Positions 49,859 through 60,657 of a stretch of DNA of 64,000 bases are shown piece by piece. The notes under the pieces were generated by a model, which worked only from the letters and a program-made list of their open reading frames with translations, did not search any database and was not told where the DNA came from. This DNA comes from Microcystaceae cyanobacterium (GTDB taxonomy: Bacteria; Cyanobacteriota; Cyanobacteriia; Cyanobacteriales; Microcystaceae). Both the position numbers and the translations under genes were made by a program. Location of the stretch: NCBI GenBank assembly GCA_041746575.1, contig JBGTGT010000116.1:14174-78173 (forward strand), written 5' to 3'. Every line of letters starts with the position of its first letter. The first letter of the stretch is position 1.

Positions 49859-50591
49859 GATTCATTTCCTCCACCGGTTGAGATGCCGTTTCTAACGCTG
49901 AGGGAAGGGGTGTTCCCATCGCTTCTGCTAATTCTTTAGGGGGGGCTTGACGGGTTTGATTGCGTAAATATTGTCCCGTTAAAATCGGCGATACCGTTTT
50001 CATATTGTGGGTGGTACTGTAATAACGGTGAGTTTGTTGTTGTACTAATTCCCGTTCTTGAATAGATTCGTTGGAGACTTTTTTGCGAAGTTTAATAATA
50101 GCATCAAAAATCGCTTCTGGCCGCGGGGGACATCCCGGAATATAGACATCTACGGGAATCAGTTTATCCACTCCTCTGACAGCAGTGGTTGAGTCGCTAC
50201 TGAACATCCCTCCCGTAATCGTACATGCACCCATGGCAATAACGTATTTGGGTTCAGGCATTTCTTCATACAAACGAACCAACGCAGGGGCCATTTTCAT
50301 GGTAAGCGTGCCAGCTGTGATGATTAAGTCTGCTTGTCGGGGACTAGAACGAGGAACAAGACCAAAACGGTCAAAATCAAAGCGTGAGCCAATTAAAGCG
50401 GCAAATTCAATGAAACAGCAAGCTGTTCCGTAGAGAAGCGGCCACAGACTCGATAATCTAGCCCAATTATACAGGTCATCAACCGTAGTGAGAATGACGT
50501 TTTCAGACAAATCTTGGGTGATTTGTGTCCGACTGATGGGGTTAAGAATTTTAGTGGTTTGCGCTTGTTCAAAGGTAGGATTAGGGGACAT
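49851..50591 (-). CDS. ndhK: NAD(P)H-quinone oxidoreductase subunit K
   Basis: [22 protein letters not shown] and IPGCPPRPE motifs. Confidence 0.97.
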   Translation of the reverse strand: MSPNPTFEQAQTTKILNPISRTQITQDLSENVILTTVDDLYNWARLSSLWPLLYGTACCFIEFAALIGSRFDFDRFGLVPRSSPRQADLIITAGTLTMKMAPALVRLYEEMPEPKYVIAMGACTITGGMFSSDSTTAVRGVDKLIPVDVYIPGCPPRPEAIFDAIIKLRKKVSNESIQERELVQQQTHRYYSTTHNMKTVSPILTGQYLRNQTRQAPPKELAEAMGTPLPSALETASQPVEEMNRG

Positions 50592-50670
50592 AATACCTCA
50601 AAATTAATGTTCAGCAACACTTTAGGTTATAACGAACTTTAGGGATAAGGATCTCATCTCAAGAAATACC

Positions 50671-51033
50671 CTAAGACCATTCTAAGGCCCCTTTCCGCCA
50701 AGCATAAACTAGAGCAACGACCAGAATCGCAATAAAAATTAAGGCCTCAATAAAAGCAAGTAGCCCCAAACGGCTAAAAGACACTGCCCAAGGGTATAAA
50801 AATACAGTTTCTACGTCAAATACAACAAATACGAGGGCAAACATATAATAGCGGATATTAAACTGAATCCATGCGCCCCCAATGGGTTCCATGCCAGATT
50901 CGTAGGTGGTACGACGTTCAGGCCCTCCCCCACTGGGACGGAGCAGTTTGGACGCCGTTAACGCTAAGATCGGAACGAGGCTACAGGCCAAAAGAAAACC
51001 AAGGAGATATTCGTAACCATTGAGAAGAAACAC
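50671..51033 (-). CDS. ndhC: NAD(P)H-quinone oxidoreductase subunit 3
   Basis: [20 protein letters not shown] and WRKGALEWS motifs. Confidence 0.97.
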   Translation of the reverse strand: MFLLNGYEYLLGFLLACSLVPILALTASKLLRPSGGGPERRTTYESGMEPIGGAWIQFNIRYYMFALVFVVFDVETVFLYPWAVSFSRLGLLAFIEALIFIAILVVALVYAWRKGALEWS

Positions 51034-51144
51034 GATATTGATGGGACTCCATACTGAGGGTTAATTTTTCTTCACGATACATTATATCGGAAAAACCTTC
51101 TTTAATGGCAGATTTTGATCAATAAAAGCAATCTGTCTTGATCT

Positions 51145-52743
51145 ATGATAAGAAAAGCTGTGTTTAATAATCAGAGTCATTTGCTGAAGTTTATTGATTT
51201 ATTTGCGGGAATGGGTGGATTTCGTCTTGCGTTTGAAAAGGCGGGTTATTACTGTGTTTATTCTTGTGAAATTGATTCTGCTTGTCAGAAGGTTTATTAT
51301 CAAAATTTTGGGGATTTTCCCGAAAAAGATATTACTCAGTTAGATATTTCTCAAATTCCAGAACATGATGTTTTGACGGCAGGTTTTCCTTGTCAACCGT
51401 TTAGCATATCTGGCAAAAGAAATGGTTTTAAGGATACGAGGGGAACGCTCTTTTTTCATTTATGTAAAATAATTGAAATTAAACGTCCTAAAGTCATTGT
51501 TTTGGAAAATGTCAAACATTTATTACATCTAGATAAAGGGAAAACGTTAGATACTATTCTCTATTCTTTGGAAGATTTGGGGTACTTGGTAGATTATCAA
51601 TTATTAAATGCTAAGGATTTTGGTTTACCTCAGAATCGGGAAAGAATTATTATTATGGGTACACTGAATCAAAGATTTAATTTTAATCTTATTCGTAAAA
51701 ACAATGATATCCCAAGTTTGGCAACTTATTTAGATACTGAAGGAGATTTTGAATACTTAAACCCTGATGAATATACCTTAATAGAGAATCCTAAAAAACA
51801 AGCTTCTGGTTTAATTTTTGTGGGTTATCGTAACAAAAATATTTGGAAAACAGGAATCCGTCCTAATACTGAACATCTTTCCCGTGTTCATCGTCAACCT
51901 AATCGGATTTATTCGGTTGAAGGGGTTCATCCTACGTTACCGTCTCAAGAAACATCAGGTCGTTTTTTTATTTATTTACCTAAAGAAAATGCGGTTCGGA
52001 AATTGACGATTAATGAATGTTATCGCCTTATGGGTTTTCCAGAGAATTTTCAGCGTCATCCCGTTTTAGGGGAATGTTATAAACAAATTGGTAATTCTGT
52101 CTGTATTCCGATGATTTATGAATTAGGTTATCAAATTAAACAACAAAATTTATTAACAAAAATTTATGATTTTATCAACAATAATACGATTCAATCTCAA
52201 CTGACTTGTAAACCGATTCAATTAGAAATTTTAGGATTAACTGTTATGAATCACAAGGAAAAATTACTTCAAATTTATCACAATACTGACAATATCCATG
52301 ATATTCAAGCAAGCCAGCGTCAGTTATCTAAAGCTTGTGTTCAGTTTATTAAAAATATTGCGGTTAATGCGACGAAACAAAAAGGCGTTTATACCGTTTT
52401 AATAACTCTGTTAGTACATAAAATACTTTATCCGAATCAGGACATCAGGTATCATCAATCAAATATGAAGGGCGGATTTTCTGGCAGAACAATAGATACA
52501 CAGTATATCACGCCAACTTTGAAAGAATTAGGTTTATCTTCAATGGCAGAAAGTGGATGGTTGACTCGCTCTCTAGAACAACCTTATCCTTATACCTTAG
52601 ATTATAATGGCAAAATTAATAATAAAATTGTCAAAGAAGCCTTTTTACAATTGGTTGATTTAGTTGAAAAAGAACCCCAAATCACAGAAAATATTTTGCT
52701 CCTACTTTTAGCAGAAGTCAAGCAGATTGTCAAAGTTAATTAA
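51145..52743 (+). CDS. DNA (cytosine-5) methyltransferase fused in frame to the N-terminal part of a putative restriction endonuclease
   Basis: Motifs I (DLFAGMGG), IV (GFPCQPFS), VI (ENV), VIII (QNRER) and X (QIGNSV), followed by ~165 extra residues starting MNHKEKL. Confidence 0.9.
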   Translation: MIRKAVFNNQSHLLKFIDLFAGMGGFRLAFEKAGYYCVYSCEIDSACQKVYYQNFGDFPEKDITQLDISQIPEHDVLTAGFPCQPFSISGKRNGFKDTRGTLFFHLCKIIEIKRPKVIVLENVKHLLHLDKGKTLDTILYSLEDLGYLVDYQLLNAKDFGLPQNRERIIIMGTLNQRFNFNLIRKNNDIPSLATYLDTEGDFEYLNPDEYTLIENPKKQASGLIFVGYRNKNIWKTGIRPNTEHLSRVHRQPNRIYSVEGVHPTLPSQETSGRFFIYLPKENAVRKLTINECYRLMGFPENFQRHPVLGECYKQIGNSVCIPMIYELGYQIKQQNLLTKIYDFINNNTIQSQLTCKPIQLEILGLTVMNHKEKLLQIYHNTDNIHDIQASQRQLSKACVQFIKNIAVNATKQKGVYTVLITLLVHKILYPNQDIRYHQSNMKGGFSGRTIDTQYITPTLKELGLSSMAESGWLTRSLEQPYPYTLDYNGKINNKIVKEAFLQLVDLVEKEPQITENILLLLLAEVKQIVKVN

Positions 52744-53334
52744 ATTAAAATTATTAAAATTAATAACCCTGATAAATTTGATATAGTAACGATTATCAAT
52801 TGTCTAGAAATGCACTTTTCTTTTAATTATAAAACTCATGGAGCTTCTAAACTTCCTGTTTTAGCTTTCTTTGCACTGTATCAACAATTAATCAAAGAAG
52901 TTGAAAGATATAAATCATGTACTTTAAAGGATTTAGCTAGTCATACGTCTTCTGATAGAAAATCAAAAAGTGCAGGAGATATAGAAATTTTCGATAAGAA
53001 TAAAAACTTGATAGAAGCGATAGAAATCAAGCATGATAAACATTGCTAAAGAAAAAATCTATGAGTTTAATCCAAGAAGATATAATCTTTTTTCATCTGC
53101 TAATATCAAATCTTCTGAAATGGATAAAATTAATGAAGAAATTCGTAAAATCAAGCAAAAACATGGTTATCAAGTAATTGTTAATGGAATTTCACCCACG
53201 ATTAAATATTACCTAAGATTGATTAATTCGTTAGATAATTTCATAATAATAATTCCAAATTAATTGAATCAGACACAGAATTTCAGGCAATCCATAAACT
53301 AAAATGGAATGAAATTTTATCATCTTTAAATTAA
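52744..53334 (+). pseudogene. Disrupted C-terminal endonuclease portion of the methyltransferase-nuclease fusion
   Basis: Frame continues after TAA 52741-52743 into ORF 52810 with PD-(D/E)xK-like AGDIEI...EAIEIKH; frameshifts near 53040 and 53250; original stop about 53332-53334. Confidence 0.8.
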
Positions 53335-53422
53335 AAACTTTAACGTTCAACAAACGCATTTACACCATTAAAGTATCTTTCAGCATCCATAAATCAATTA
53401 ATTCATTTTAACGATTAATCAT

Positions 53423-54250
53423 CTATCCTAAATTATCCAACGAACTTAATAACCAAAATCCACTGTAAGTTATTCCCGTATCATCAGGTTGAACCAAAAG
53501 AAAGTGTAACCCTTTATTCTCTTGTTTTCGTTGCTCATATTGTTGAGCAGAAGTTGCCATTTCAGGATCTTCAAAGGTTACTAAAACCCAGCGATCGCTT
53601 AAACCAGATTCTAGGATTAATCCCCCCGATTGCCCTATTTCTGTCGGAATAAAATTAAGAGAATAAGGATGGTTTTCTGCTAACCAACGAGCCAAGATCA
53701 TTGCTTTTCTATCCCCTTCAATGACGATACCAGAAATACGGTGATGGGAAGGCAATCCTAAGCTTAAAGGATCATCTTGAGAATCAATACTCAAAATGGG
53801 AATAGGTTGCTGACGAAAATAATGAATGATTTCCCCTGCGGGAAAAGACGCAAATCGCCATGTTTTTCCCCATAGATTTTCAGGAAGAGATTGGGGAGGA
53901 GAGGCTTCGAGTTTGAGCGGATTATAAAGCGGCGAGTAATATTTATCTAGAAGTAACCGTTTTAAAACATCTGTCCGTCGAGTGGGCAATATTTTGATAC
54001 CTAATGCTTGCCCCATTAAAGAAAATAAGCTTAAGCTTTGGGGACGAAAAACGGCAATAGCTTCGGGATAACTTTTAGATAAATTTGACTGTATTTGTTC
54101 TATTAACCATTGAGAATTGACTTGAGATTGAGGGCAACTGGATTCAACAATAATATTACCTTTTTGGTCACAGATCAGTAATTGCCAAAGATTTGTTTCT
54201 ATTTCTCTTTGAGGAAAATGATGATAAAAATCTGCTTGCCAAAGGGTCAT
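53423..54250 (-). CDS. Tab2/Atab2 family RNA-binding protein
   Basis: WQADFY...WQLLICD, FRPQSL and GLHFLLVQPDDTG motifs; start at ATG 54250. Confidence 0.9.
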   Translation of the reverse strand: MTLWQADFYHHFPQREIETNLWQLLICDQKGNIIVESSCPQSQVNSQWLIEQIQSNLSKSYPEAIAVFRPQSLSLFSLMGQALGIKILPTRRTDVLKRLLLDKYYSPLYNPLKLEASPPQSLPENLWGKTWRFASFPAGEIIHYFRQQPIPILSIDSQDDPLSLGLPSHHRISGIVIEGDRKAMILARWLAENHPYSLNFIPTEIGQSGGLILESGLSDRWVLVTFEDPEMATSAQQYEQRKQENKGLHFLLVQPDDTGITYSGFWLLSSLDNLG

Positions 54251-54309
54251 AACTGATACAAAATGTCTTGTTAATGCTATAATTATAACAAATTTAGTTA
54301 TTAATAACA

Positions 54310-54876
54310 ATGAAAATCGATATTAGTGACGCTTTGGAAAATTGGCTAGAAATTGGTCAAGTTGTTTCTGCTCATGGACTCCAAGGGGAGCTAAAAGTGA
54401 ATTCAACGACGGATTTCCCTGAACGTTTCGTACAAATTGGCGATCGCTTACTCGTGTCTCCAGATCGACACCAACAGCAAGTCATAAAACTTCTTAAAGG
54501 ACGCTATCTTCCGGGCAAAAATCAATACGTTATCCGACTAGAAGGCATTGAAACTCGAAGCCAAGCAGAAGCTTTACACGGCTATATTTTAATGGTTAAT
54601 CCTCAGGAAGAATTTTCTTTAGAAAAAGATGAATATCATATTTCCCAATTAATTAATCTCTCCGTTTATCTTCAATCTTCTCAGCAATTCCTCGGAACTG
54701 TCGTAAATGTTTTTTTCGCAGGGAATGATCTATTAGAAGTTCAATTATCTGTTTCTGAAATCCCAAGGAAACCAAAAACCGTTTTAATTCCTTTCGTCAA
54801 AGAAATCGTTCCTTACATTAACTTAGACGAAGCCCGAATTGAAATTGATCCTCCTGCCGGACTCTTAGACTTATAA
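54310..54876 (+). CDS. rimM: Ribosome maturation factor RimM
   Basis: IGQVVSAHGLQGELKV...TDFPERF, AGNDLLEV and LIPFVKEIV motifs. Confidence 0.95.
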   Translation: MKIDISDALENWLEIGQVVSAHGLQGELKVNSTTDFPERFVQIGDRLLVSPDRHQQQVIKLLKGRYLPGKNQYVIRLEGIETRSQAEALHGYILMVNPQEEFSLEKDEYHISQLINLSVYLQSSQQFLGTVVNVFFAGNDLLEVQLSVSEIPRKPKTVLIPFVKEIVPYINLDEARIEIDPPAGLLDL

Positions 54877-54902
54877 TTAAACCGATAAAATGATGATTTG
54901 AA

Positions 54903-55586
54903 ATGCGTATTTTGTTAGTTGATGACGAAACCGAATTGACCGAACCCCTTAGTCATGTTTTATGCCATGAAGGATATTGCATTGACATAGCAGATAATGG
55001 ATTAAAAGGGTATGAATTAGCCGCCAAAAATGACTATAATCTGTTGATTTTAGATTGGATGTTACCCTATCAATCGGGCTTAGAAATTTGTCAAGCATTG
55101 CGCGCCCAAGGAAGGACAACACCTGTTCTTTTTTTAACCGCTAAAGACACCACCGATGATCGCGTTTTAGGCTTAGATGCAGGGGCAGATGATTACTTAA
55201 TAAAACCCTTTGAATTGCGGGAATTATTAGCAAGAGTGAGAGCATTATTGAGACGTTCTAATATTTCAGAAATAAAACCCCCCACCGAAAGAATGAAAGT
55301 GGCTGATCTTGAATTTGACATCGAAAATCAAGTGGCTTACCGTCAAGATAGGGTGATTAATTTATCAGAAAAAGAAAGTCAATTATTAGCCTATTTAATG
55401 AATCACTCCGGTCAACTCTTGACGCACGAACAAATTTATCAACAACTCTGGGCAGAGACAGAACAACCGAATAGTAATGTCTTGGCGGCTTTAGTACGCT
55501 TATTACGGCGCAAAATTGAAGAAAAAGGAGAAATTCCCCTTATTCATACCGTGTATGGCAAAGGCTATCGCTTCAGCGAACAGTAA
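54903..55586 (+). CDS. OmpR-family response regulator (RppA-like)
   Basis: Receiver (LVDDE, LDWMLP, KPF) plus winged helix (IHTVYGKGYRF). Confidence 0.9.
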   Translation: MRILLVDDETELTEPLSHVLCHEGYCIDIADNGLKGYELAAKNDYNLLILDWMLPYQSGLEICQALRAQGRTTPVLFLTAKDTTDDRVLGLDAGADDYLIKPFELRELLARVRALLRRSNISEIKPPTERMKVADLEFDIENQVAYRQDRVINLSEKESQLLAYLMNHSGQLLTHEQIYQQLWAETEQPNSNVLAALVRLLRRKIEEKGEIPLIHTVYGKGYRFSEQ

Positions 55587-55722
55587 CAAAGTGATCACCT
55601 GATTAAAAATATTGCAAAATGTTTCAACTTTGCCCTCACCGACTTGCGCTGATCAGGAATCGTGGTACTTTAGAAGGTAGTTATTAAAAACAGTATCATG
55701 ATATTTAGGAGGGATTAACGCT

Positions 55723-55917
55723 GTGCAGGTTATTCAATCGGAAACAGAGCAATTTCGTGAAGATATTAAAGAATATGTCGCTCAGTTACAACTACACATG
55801 ACCTTACAGGCTCGTAATCTTGTGCCTACCCTTAACCAAACATCTGACAGTCGTTGCCAGTTAATTCACGAAACCCAAGCAACCATTGAGAAACTTGCTT
55901 CTCGTCAAGGATTTTAA
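55723..55917 (+). CDS. Small conserved hypothetical protein
   Basis: Strong AGGAGG RBS before GTG; YVAQLQLHMTLQARNLVP pattern. Confidence 0.75.
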   Translation: MQVIQSETEQFREDIKEYVAQLQLHMTLQARNLVPTLNQTSDSRCQLIHETQATIEKLASRQGF

Positions 55918-55989
55918 AGTATCAAAAAGATTAACCTCTGATTCCTCTGTTTGCGTCAGTTTCTTGTAGTAAACTGGCGTTTATTTTAT

Positions 55990-56634
55990 TCATGTCCAAG
56001 GAAGGGCGCGTAGTGCGGCACTGAGATAAGAGCGATCGCTGATACGATGAAAGAGAGGGCCTTGACGGGTAAACTCCACCACGCTGAGGGCGGCCACCGG
56101 CATCTCGAAACGGTCACGGTAACGACCTACATCTATTCCCATTAAATGACACAACATAATACGAATTGTCGCTTTGTGGGAAACAATAAGGACATTCCCC
56201 TCTCTATAGGTTTGTTCAATTTCCTCAAGTACAATTGAAGCACGACGGGCGATATCGATGCCCCGTTCTCCTTTAGGGGGCGCATTCCAAGCAGGGTCTG
56301 TTAACCAGCGGACATATTGGTCGGGATATTTTTGACGAAGGTCTTGAGGCGTCATTCCTTCCCATTCTCCATAACCAACTTCTTTGAGTCCCTCCCGTAA
56401 CTCCATTTTCAACCCAATCATTTCGCATAGGGGTTGAGCGGTTTGGATAGCGCGATAGAGAGGACTGACGAAAATTGCCGCCCAAGGAAGAGAACAATAA
56501 GCTTTAGCAAAAGCTCGGGACATTTCGATCCCTTCAGGGGTTAAACCCGGATCATTTTCAGGTTTGCCGCAATACCCTCCCGTATGGCTGTAGGCTGTTT
56601 GTCCGTGACGCAAAAAGTAGAGAATGAGACTCAT
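55990..56634 (-). CDS. Histidine phosphatase (phosphoglycerate mutase-like) family protein
   Basis: LRHGQT, SPLYRAIQT, E..YGEWEG and VSHKATIR motifs. Confidence 0.92.
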   Translation of the reverse strand: MSLILYFLRHGQTAYSHTGGYCGKPENDPGLTPEGIEMSRAFAKAYCSLPWAAIFVSPLYRAIQTAQPLCEMIGLKMELREGLKEVGYGEWEGMTPQDLRQKYPDQYVRWLTDPAWNAPPKGERGIDIARRASIVLEEIEQTYREGNVLIVSHKATIRIMLCHLMGIDVGRYRDRFEMPVAALSVVEFTRQGPLFHRISDRSYLSAALRALPWT

Positions 56635-56992
56635 ATCGCAGTTGTATAAGAAATTGATCACAAACCTCTCGGTATTAAGGAGGAGAAACCCTCGGTTTTT
56701 TTAGTTTAAAGGTTAATTTCCCATATTTTTGATTTGCCTTGTTTAAAAGAAAGTAAAGAGACGGCAGAAACAATGCTACAAAGCGAAGAGATTGTGGACA
56801 GAATATACCCCAGAAACCTGATTATATCAAGGCGATCGCCTTTTATTGTAAAGCAAAGAAAAACTCATCATTCAATCAAAGATCAATCCGTTCATCTTGA
56901 GCATTTTTTAGGGCGATGATTTTGTTATGTTATGGTTTAAGCCTCTGCTATTCAATTAGAATAATATCGCTATCCTGTTTTTTAGAGCCAGC

Positions 56993-58678
56993 ATGATTTC
57001 CGATACATCTTATCAAATTCTCTCCACGCCTCATCTAACGACGCCAACCATCCGCCCGATTGCCGCATCCTCTATTCAAGGAATTGCATTCTATCAAGAC
57101 AAATTATTGTCTATTGACGCAAAGAATGGATATCTATTAGAAATTGACCCAAAAACAAACTGTACTCGTATCTTAAACCCTCAACAGTGGCAAGAGTTTA
57201 TTGGCACAACGGGACTCGCCGTCTCTGAGGATACGTTATGGTTTACTTCAGGGACGACGATTTATACCTGTTCTCTACAGGATAGTTTATTAACCCCTCA
57301 AGTTTTTAGCCAATTAACTGAACCTATTAATGGCATTGCTATCTGGCAGTCAACCCTTTATGTAACCTCTCATCGTCAAGGGAAAATTTTGGTACTTAAT
57401 CGGGAAAATGCCAGCGAAATTACCCATTTTTATGCGCCCGGTATTGGAGTTGAAAACATTGCGGTCACCGCAGAGAAATTATGGATTTCTGATAATTTAG
57501 AGCAAACGGTTTATTGCTTAGATAGAGGCACTGGCCAAATTATTTTTAGTGTTTTAACCCCCTTTGAGTCTCCGACTGGATTAACTTTTCACATCAATTC
57601 GGAAACCGGTGAAAAACAACTTTATATTGCCTACGAATTTTCAGAACCTTATATTCGAGATAACCCTAATGCTGACCCCAATCATGAATTAACTTATCGT
57701 TATCAAACGTTTATTCATCCCCTATACTTTCATTATTATCCCGACCGACACTACGCCCTTTCTAATGGGTATCTCATTGAGATTTCTTATGTCGAAGAAC
57801 TGTCTCCCCTCGATCCTTTCGTTTTAGAAAATTTAGAATGGAAAATTGCTTTACCTTCCGAGACAGAGCGTCAAAAAGTGCGTCAGGTTGAATTCATCGG
57901 TTTACCGTTTACCGAAGAAACCAATGCAGAAGGCCAACGAGTTGCTGTCTTTAAGTTTGATAAACTCACCGAACAAGATCGCTATATTTTTGGCTGGAAA
58001 GCCATCGTTGAAGTCTGGGGAATTAAATACCGTATTACCCCTAAAGATTGCGAAAATATTCCTGCTGTCCCTTCTGAATTTGTGTCGAAGTATTTAGTCG
58101 ATAATGACAATTTAGCGATGGAAACCGAGATTATTCAACAGGCCGCCCAAGAAGCGATCGGCCGAGAAACCAATTATTTGCGTAAAATGTATAGTATTCG
58201 TAACTATGTCTATGATCGCCTTTCTTATGGCATTAAGCCTCATATTGATACGCCTGATATTGCTTTAAAACGGGGGATCGGATCTTGTGGGGAGTATGTA
58301 GGGGTCTTATTGGCATTAGCTCGCTTAAATGGGATTCCCTGTCGTACCGTCGGCCGCTATAAATGTCCTCCTAAGCCCCTCATTCGTCAGATTCCCCTTG
58401 AACCGGATTATAACCATGTCTGGATGGAGTTTTATCTCCCTAGTTATGGTTGGTTACCGATGGAATCTAACCCCGATGATTTGATAGATGGGGGTCCTTA
58501 TCCCACTCGCTTTTTTATGGGATTAGCATGGTATCATGCAGAAATGGCAAAAGATACGCCTTTTGAACGTATTTATCAAAATGGAGAAATGATCAATAAA
58601 CAGCAACTTTCTATTGGGGATTTAGCCATTAATCATGTTCAGTTTACGATCTTGGATGAGTTAAAACCCAGTGATTAA
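56993..58678 (+). CDS. Transglutaminase-like domain protein with N-terminal beta-propeller
   Basis: GSCGEY...ALARLNGIPCR and NHVWMEFYLPSYGW motifs. Confidence 0.88.
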   Translation: MISDTSYQILSTPHLTTPTIRPIAASSIQGIAFYQDKLLSIDAKNGYLLEIDPKTNCTRILNPQQWQEFIGTTGLAVSEDTLWFTSGTTIYTCSLQDSLLTPQVFSQLTEPINGIAIWQSTLYVTSHRQGKILVLNRENASEITHFYAPGIGVENIAVTAEKLWISDNLEQTVYCLDRGTGQIIFSVLTPFESPTGLTFHINSETGEKQLYIAYEFSEPYIRDNPNADPNHELTYRYQTFIHPLYFHYYPDRHYALSNGYLIEISYVEELSPLDPFVLENLEWKIALPSETERQKVRQVEFIGLPFTEETNAEGQRVAVFKFDKLTEQDRYIFGWKAIVEVWGIKYRITPKDCENIPAVPSEFVSKYLVDNDNLAMETEIIQQAAQEAIGRETNYLRKMYSIRNYVYDRLSYGIKPHIDTPDIALKRGIGSCGEYVGVLLALARLNGIPCRTVGRYKCPPKPLIRQIPLEPDYNHVWMEFYLPSYGWLPMESNPDDLIDGGPYPTRFFMGLAWYHAEMAKDTPFERIYQNGEMINKQQLSIGDLAINHVQFTILDELKPSD

Positions 58679-58727
58679 AGATTGCTTAATGGGAAAAAAA
58701 GGTTAAACGCTTTAATATCTATCAGTA

Positions 58728-59765
58728 TTATGTGACGGGGGATTCTAGTAATTGGATACTGCCCTCGGCACTATCTATTTCTACGTTCAAACCGATCGGA
58801 AAAGTCAAAACGGGTTCTAAATGACCAATAATTGCCCCAGACCATGCTGGAATCCCTAATGGTTCGATATGATCCCGTAAAACCTCCTCTAAGGTTAATG
58901 AACCATAGTCTTCGGTTGGGTTACAATTGACACATTGACCCCAAATAAAACCGCTAATTTGTGCCAAAACCCCCGCTAATTTTAGATGGGTTAACCAGCG
59001 ATCAATGCGATAAATATTTTCTCCCACTTCTTCTAGAAATAAAATAGCCCCCTTCATGTCTGGTAAATAGGGAGATCCGACTAACGTTGAGAAAACAGAC
59101 AGATTCCCTCCAATTAATCTCCCTCTTGCTTTACCTGAGCGAATGATACGAAGACGATTTTTTACTGCCATTAAGCGATCGCTATCTTCTGGATGAGTTG
59201 TATTAATGTACTTAACTGTCTTTCCTTGCTCTAAAATCTCCCGAAAGGATTGAGTTTGTTGCGATCGCCACGAGGTTAATCCATTAGGACCATGAAAAGT
59301 AATTAAGCCTGTTTTAGCATAAATTGCCAATAAAAGTGCAGTAATATCGCTAAAACCAATAATTATCTTAGGATTTCGTTGAATAAGATCATACTTTAAA
59401 TAAGGCAAAATCCGACTACATCCCCATCCCCCTTGTATCGGTAGAATAAGTTGTATGCGAGAATCCGCAAAAAATTGATTAATATCAGCCGCCCGATCAA
59501 CATCTTGCCCTGCTAAATAACCGTAGCGATTCAGTACATGAGGCGCAAGATAAGGAATTAAACCCAATGCTTTCATCGCATCTTGCACAATTTCAATCTT
59601 TTCTGGCAAAAACGTCGCAGAAGCAGGGCTAATTAGTCCAACACCCATGCCAGACTGTAAACGCGGCGGTTTTAAGATTGTTGCCTGAGCGGTTAATGGC
59701 AAAGTTAAACCTAGACTTCCTGCCATAAGAGCCGTATTTTTTAAAAATTGACGACGATTGACCAT
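58728..59765 (-). CDS. S66 family LD-carboxypeptidase with Tat signal
   Basis: NRRQFLK twin-arginine motif; GFSDIT, GGNL, LFLEE and IGH catalytic residues. Confidence 0.92.
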   Translation of the reverse strand: MVNRRQFLKNTALMAGSLGLTLPLTAQATILKPPRLQSGMGVGLISPASATFLPEKIEIVQDAMKALGLIPYLAPHVLNRYGYLAGQDVDRAADINQFFADSRIQLILPIQGGWGCSRILPYLKYDLIQRNPKIIIGFSDITALLLAIYAKTGLITFHGPNGLTSWRSQQTQSFREILEQGKTVKYINTTHPEDSDRLMAVKNRLRIIRSGKARGRLIGGNLSVFSTLVGSPYLPDMKGAILFLEEVGENIYRIDRWLTHLKLAGVLAQISGFIWGQCVNCNPTEDYGSLTLEEVLRDHIEPLGIPAWSGAIIGHLEPVLTFPIGLNVEIDSAEGSIQLLESPVT

Positions 59766-59941
59766 AGTTGAGAGTTACCTTTTAACCTTTAATCGTTAAT
59801 TGTTATCCGACTTAACTATCACCCCATGATCTTATTTATCCCCCCTATCAGCATACTCCGATTAGATATCTAAGATAAGATGGAATGGAGTTTAGATCTC
59901 CAAAATCAACTCACATTAAACATTATGTAGATATAAACAGT

Positions 59942-60643
59942 ATGGATGTCATTCGTGTCGGCTTGATTGAAGATGAAGAGTTAACCAGCGTCAGTCTGCG
60001 GACGACCTTAAAGAAGTATCAAGAAATCAAATGGGTTGGAGAAGCGAAAACTGGACAAAAAGGTCTAGAATTGCTACGAAATGCTCATCCCGACGTAGCT
60101 TTGGTGGATATCGGTCTCCCTGATATGAGTGGTATTGACTTAATTAAACAACTCAAACACGATGAAACGATTCAGACAAAAATCGTTATCTTAACCCTCC
60201 ATGATGACGAAACCTCCGTATTAGCGGCATTTGCAGCGGGTGCGGATTCTTACTGCATGAAGGATATTCGGTTAGACTTACTATGGGAAGCAATTAAAGC
60301 AACCTATGAAGGTCATGCGTGGATTGATCCAGCCATTGCCCGTATTATTTTATCTAAAACGAAAATATCTAGAGAAGATAATTCAAAAACTGACGCTGAT
60401 AGCGATAAATTTTTAAAACCCAATAATATTCGCCGCAAAGATCAATCTCATCCCTTAACCGATCGAGAACTGGAAGTTTTACAATTGATTGTCGACGGCT
60501 ATAGTAATGCCGAAATTGCTGAAGAATTGTATATTACTGTGGGAACGGTAAAAACGCATGTTAGAAACATCCTTAATAAACTCTCTGCCGATGATCGTAC
60601 CCAAGCGGCGGTTCATGCCCTAAGATCAGGGTTAGTTGGATAA
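59942..60643 (+). CDS. NarL/LuxR-family response regulator, OrrA-like
   Basis: VDIGLPD receiver, VLAAFAAGADSYCMKD, AWIDPAIARI and LTDRELEVL...TVKTHVRNILNKL HTH; start at ATG 59942. OrrA similarity is from recall. Confidence 0.85.
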   Translation: MDVIRVGLIEDEELTSVSLRTTLKKYQEIKWVGEAKTGQKGLELLRNAHPDVALVDIGLPDMSGIDLIKQLKHDETIQTKIVILTLHDDETSVLAAFAAGADSYCMKDIRLDLLWEAIKATYEGHAWIDPAIARIILSKTKISREDNSKTDADSDKFLKPNNIRRKDQSHPLTDRELEVLQLIVDGYSNAEIAEELYITVGTVKTHVRNILNKLSADDRTQAAVHALRSGLVG

Positions 60644-60657
60644 AGCCTTGAGATGCC

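Noticed and set aside
52741..53260. Programmed read-through or phase variation restoring the endonuclease
   Set aside because: Three separate lesions would all need bypassing and none lies in a long homopolymer tract; simple decay is more parsimonious.
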